This document shows, piece after piece, positions 36,601 to 37,957 of a stretch of DNA of 37,957 bases. Origin of the DNA: Lenisia limosa (Eukaryota > Protista > Breviatea). The position numbers were made by a program, and so were the translations under genes. The first letter of the stretch is position 1, and every line of letters begins with the position of its first letter. Under the pieces are notes generated by a model. The model did no database searches. It saw nothing but the letters and a program-made list of their open reading frames with translations, and had not been told where the DNA came from. The stretch covers positions 1-37,957 of the forward strand of contig LPNZ01008725.1 of assembly GCA_001655205.1 (NCBI GenBank), in the 5' to 3' direction.

Positions 36601-37957
36601 TTAAGTTCGAAATAATTTTAAGTTCTCTTTGTATTTGTCTTATATCATCCAGAGAGTCTATTTTTCACACATCATAGTTGACTGGCATTAACTCAGTAGT
36701 ACAAGGACCACACCGTCTTCTGCTCTTTTGGAATTGCCGGCTTCCTTTGTTCTTACAATGCCACGACCGGTACAGCAGCGTGCACTGACAGTGTCGCTGG
36801 CGGACAGTCCAACGACATGATCTACCAATACGTTGACACGAAAAACCAGATTCTGGCCTATGTGAGCATCATGATTTTGTATTATTTCAGATGTTGACGT
36901 TTATACCAATGTAATGAGACAGATTTGATTTGATTATTTTGTGAATTTCCTCCACAGTAACGCCAGTTCACTCCCTTAGGAAGGCGGTTTTGTTTCACTT
37001 ACAAATGCTGACACCCTTGAAAAGATTAAGACCATGTTTGCAAGGATGTATATCTAAACTACTTTTGCATTGCTCTTCAGAAGACTTTTTGAAATATCGT
37101 ATTGTACAAGTTATTGTATAAATACACTCGTGTGATGGTACCTCTTAACCACCCAGCTCTGTGATCGACATGGTGTCTTGGGGTAACCAAATGGAGACGT
37201 ACACATCAGGTGGAGGCTCTGACAAGTGGATGTTCATTGTGGGAAGGGCTTCTCTGTCAAGAGATGCAATTATTCTACAACCTGTCCATACCATTATTTC
37301 TATCTGTATTCATTATTTTACCATATCACTGCATTTATTCGTTTAATTAAACAAGAGCTAACCTGGTTTAGATTGACGAGGTTAATGACGTGTTCTTTAT
37401 GAGGCAGTCTCGATACATCTTCATTTACGACCTAACTACCCTTGAGGAAATTGACTCGGTAAGACGGGTTTTTAATGGAACACATTATGATGCTGAGGTC
37501 GGCTCAATGGCGTCCATGTATTAATAGAACTGATAAGTTGTTTTGTTTTCAATTCTCCATTGATAGAAATCAAAACATATGCTTGGGTTGATCTTGGTCT
37601 AAAAAGAGCTCGGTTACAATTGTGAAAGGTTTTACTTCAGTACCTGTCAATATTCACTGGTGACAATTGGGAATCGTTGTCTTTTTGGGAAGCATTTGAA
37701 ACGCATCGTGACTACCAATCTCAAATCTCTCTCCAGTATTACGCTTTATCCACAATTGTTGCACTATCCCTCGATTCCGCTTCCATGAACGCCTACCTTA
37801 TGGTGAGTGACGCAGTCTTTATCTCATTTTTAGATCATTTTTAGAGATGTTTACAATCATTTTTCACCCATTGATATGATTACCCACTCTTATGATAATT
37901 GACCGACAAAGTTATGGAACTTGCAAACCAGCTCTAAACAACACAAAAACAAGCTTT
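33640..37957 (+). CDS. Spliced gene, probable secreted/surface beta-propeller-like protein, 3' end beyond the window
   Basis: MIVWK|PLLFLLSLKLCLASAIDLN gives a signal-peptide-like start. Short beta-rich exons include FTIPNKLTFLHDGTLLVGEYNSISYANATDLSVIRSY, IDEVNDVFFMRQSRYIFIYDLTTLEEIDS and IVALSLDSASMNAYLM, with several N-x-S/T sites. The fold is inferred and several junctions are unresolved. Confidence 0.55.
36305..36380 (-). mobile_element. Partial second copy of the hAT-type MITE (one terminus)
   Basis: The reverse complement TAGGGCTTCACCTCGGTTCGAAAAAAGACTGTAACTCTCGATAAATCTTTG... aligns at roughly 80% to 2812-2885. The second terminus was not found nearby. Confidence 0.8.

Noticed and set aside
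1-37957. CRISPR arrays, tRNA/rRNA genes, U12-type (GTATCC) introns
   Set aside because: None seen by eye. A tRNAscan-SE/Infernal run would be needed to exclude small RNAs fully.

Overview
AT-rich, intron-dense eukaryotic DNA with several assembly gaps. The lineage cannot be determined; a protist seems most likely to me (inference). The ORF track is mostly noise because exons are short, so I spliced the genes by hand (GT-AG, checking reading phase at the key junctions). Four genes emerge. (1) A minus-strand EBAG9/RCAS1-like gene (491-3222). (2) A plus-strand PBX/PBC-like TALE homeobox gene (about 3595-12453). (3) A roughly 20 kb minus-strand gene (12650-32865, about 65-75 exons, about 2,300-2,400 aa by rough hand sum) with the order RGG repeats, DExH helicase, HA2/OB, RRM-like repeats, KH-like region, RING1, IBR, then two PARP/ART catalytic domains (H-Y-E then H-Y-N). 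No RING2 was found. (4) A plus-strand secreted, beta-propeller-like gene that runs off the right edge. Introns carry several TIR/MITE elements and 10 copies of the palindrome TACATGTA. Gene 3, a candidate RNA sensor fused to ubiquitin and ADP-ribosylation effector modules, is the standout. All gene models are manual; unresolved junctions and gaps remain.
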